Below are positions 62,589 through 64,000 of a stretch of 64,000 nt of DNA, one piece after another. Source of the stretch: Cenococcum geophilum (taxonomy: Eukaryota); assembly GCA_050273025.1 (NCBI GenBank), contig CP158635.1:16120001-16184000 (forward strand), read 5' to 3'. Below the pieces are notes generated by a model. It saw only the letters and a list, made by a program, of their open reading frames with translations. It did no database searches and had not been told where the DNA came from. Within the stretch, counting starts at the first letter, position 1. Each line of letters opens with the position of its first letter. The translations under genes were made by a program, and so were the position numbers.

Positions 62589-64000
62589 TGACCCGAGGTA
62601 CGAGTGGTCTATATTTTCGGGTCCTAGATTTTAAACTTTGCTAAGCCAGCTTTTGATTGGTTTAAAAAATGTTGCGCGCGGTAAGTTATGGCAGAATCCA
62701 CGTGACGAATATCAAAATATTATGAACATTAAAATATCCTAGTATTACGCCTTCCTTTTTGTTGACACCTCTATTTATACCAATATATATATTGTAAATA
62801 TGGCAGATCCTACTGTGATTGAGTGCAGCAAGTGCCATATCTATAAGCCTCGCCTTAACTTTGTTAAAGACGGCCCTTCAAAGAAGCTTTTAAAGCTATA
62901 CCAGTTATATCGGTCAAAGGCACGTCTTCCCTATATACTACTTCTACCTCTGCTTACTTTTCTAGGCCTCTAAATATGTTTTAAATAAGCGGAGAGCTCT
63001 TGCAGAGCCAGGTTCTGCTACTAAGAGTCGTCCTACAAGGCGCCAGTAAATTGCTTTACCTGAAAACGATACCGAGAACGCCTTCTTGCCTCGCGGCCAG
63101 AATAGCCAAGATACCCCTAAAATAGCTCAACGGCGGAAGACAATTAGGGCAATACAAAGGGAGCACCGCATTCTTAATCGGCGGGGTAAGGCTTACTCGC
63201 CTACTCCTCCGCTATACACTATAGACGAAGCTCCGTGCAGCAGAAGAGGCACTCCAGATGGCCCAAATACGTCCTTGCCGGGGCTAGCTCCTATGCCTAC
63301 TCTACCGCCAATACCTACTCCGGCTACGGCCACACCACTACCCGTTTCGGCTGTTGATTGGGAGCGAATCAAGAAGTTTAGGAGTATACTACAGGCTAAA
63401 TATATGGAGACGTGCAGTTGTTACAAGGAGCGGTGGTTCTAAATGGGCCTAGCTACGGAGGGTGATAATATAGGTGTATATAAAGCCTGCATTAAGGACG
63501 CCGATAGCCTTAAAGATCTAACCCTTCCTCCCCTATTTAGTAAAAGCAACGGGCTCGATCCGGGGCCTATTCCTGGCTTCCTACCTATACTTACCGCGGT
63601 GGAGGAGCTTCTAATTGCGCGCGTATATATTTATCTGCAAGTCATGCGTATACGCGGCTAGTAATATCGCTATACTGGCCACGTCTGCTGCTTTGGCTAA
63701 AATATACTAAAGACTTAGAGGCAGCTACCACGGCTACCTACTAAACTCGATATACTGGTCGTGAGGCCTACGGCAGTAGAGGGTAGCGAATACCTAAGTC
63801 GGCGGTTTACCAAGCGGTATACTATAAGGCGCTCTACTATAGCACAGTGGCTTTACTTTCTAAAGGTCAATTATCCTAATTATTGTGACGTTAAAATATA
63901 CAGCACCCGGCTTACCAGCTTACCCGAAAATAGCTCTATATTAGATTAGCTACCTTATATTAACGAGTTAAAGTCTAATTCTAGTAGCCCAACGGCTTAC
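62589..64000 (+). mobile_element. 5' part of a Helitron-like element; RepHel N-terminus from ATG 62800, RIP-damaged, runs off the window
   Basis: CxxC..WF...CxxC followed by LFSKSNGLDPGPIPGFLPILTAVEELLIARV....QV.RIRG(QQ)YRYTGHVCCF.....LPRLP..LDILVVRP...(V)RRS.IAQWL.FLK.N, resembling the DUF6570 region found upstream of the Rep domain in fungal Helitron proteins; abrupt junction with the family-F RT. Confidence 0.8.

Noticed and set aside
1..64000. CRISPR arrays, rRNA/tRNA genes and telomeric TTAGGG arrays
   Set aside because: No regularly spaced repeat-spacer array or RNA-gene signature was seen; scattered TTAGGG/CCCTAA are isolated and expected in RIP-mutated DNA.

Overview
Eukaryotic, almost certainly filamentous ascomycete (Pezizomycotina) DNA. 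The first 807 bp hold the 3' five exons of an apparently intact DUF3328/UstYa-family oxidase gene with two HxxHC motifs. The rest is a transposon graveyard mutated by repeat-induced point mutation (RIP; CA>TA and TG>TA), so nearly all ORFs in the supplied track are spurious. Target-site duplications (TSDs) resolve the nesting. A Mutator-like element (~2328-40033) holds two Gypsy/chromovirus family-A copies (A1 2563-8500, A2 9272-36873). A2 holds two family-B chromoviruses (B1 10739-24526, B2 25309-33188), and B1 holds a Copia element (C1 17647-23631). Further right are a Crypton tyrosine-recombinase relic, a two-gene Tc1/IS630-type element inside a MITE-like element, a second MULE fragment, a pogo-type MITE and a piggyBac relic. 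Next is a third Gypsy family (F), interrupted by B3 (52451-60412, itself carrying a solo LTR) and by a Tc1/mariner MITE, and then the 5' part of a Helitron-like element. The most notable signals are in family B: a spliced antisense ORF with a Zn2Cys6-like cluster plus coiled coil, a ~940-codon Gag with repeated CxDDxCxxH motifs, and Tf1-type self-priming sites with a compensatory base change. The Copia element also shows a strong element-wide excess of CCGTAA/TTACGG. All calls come from manual reading and motif recall; no database search was run.
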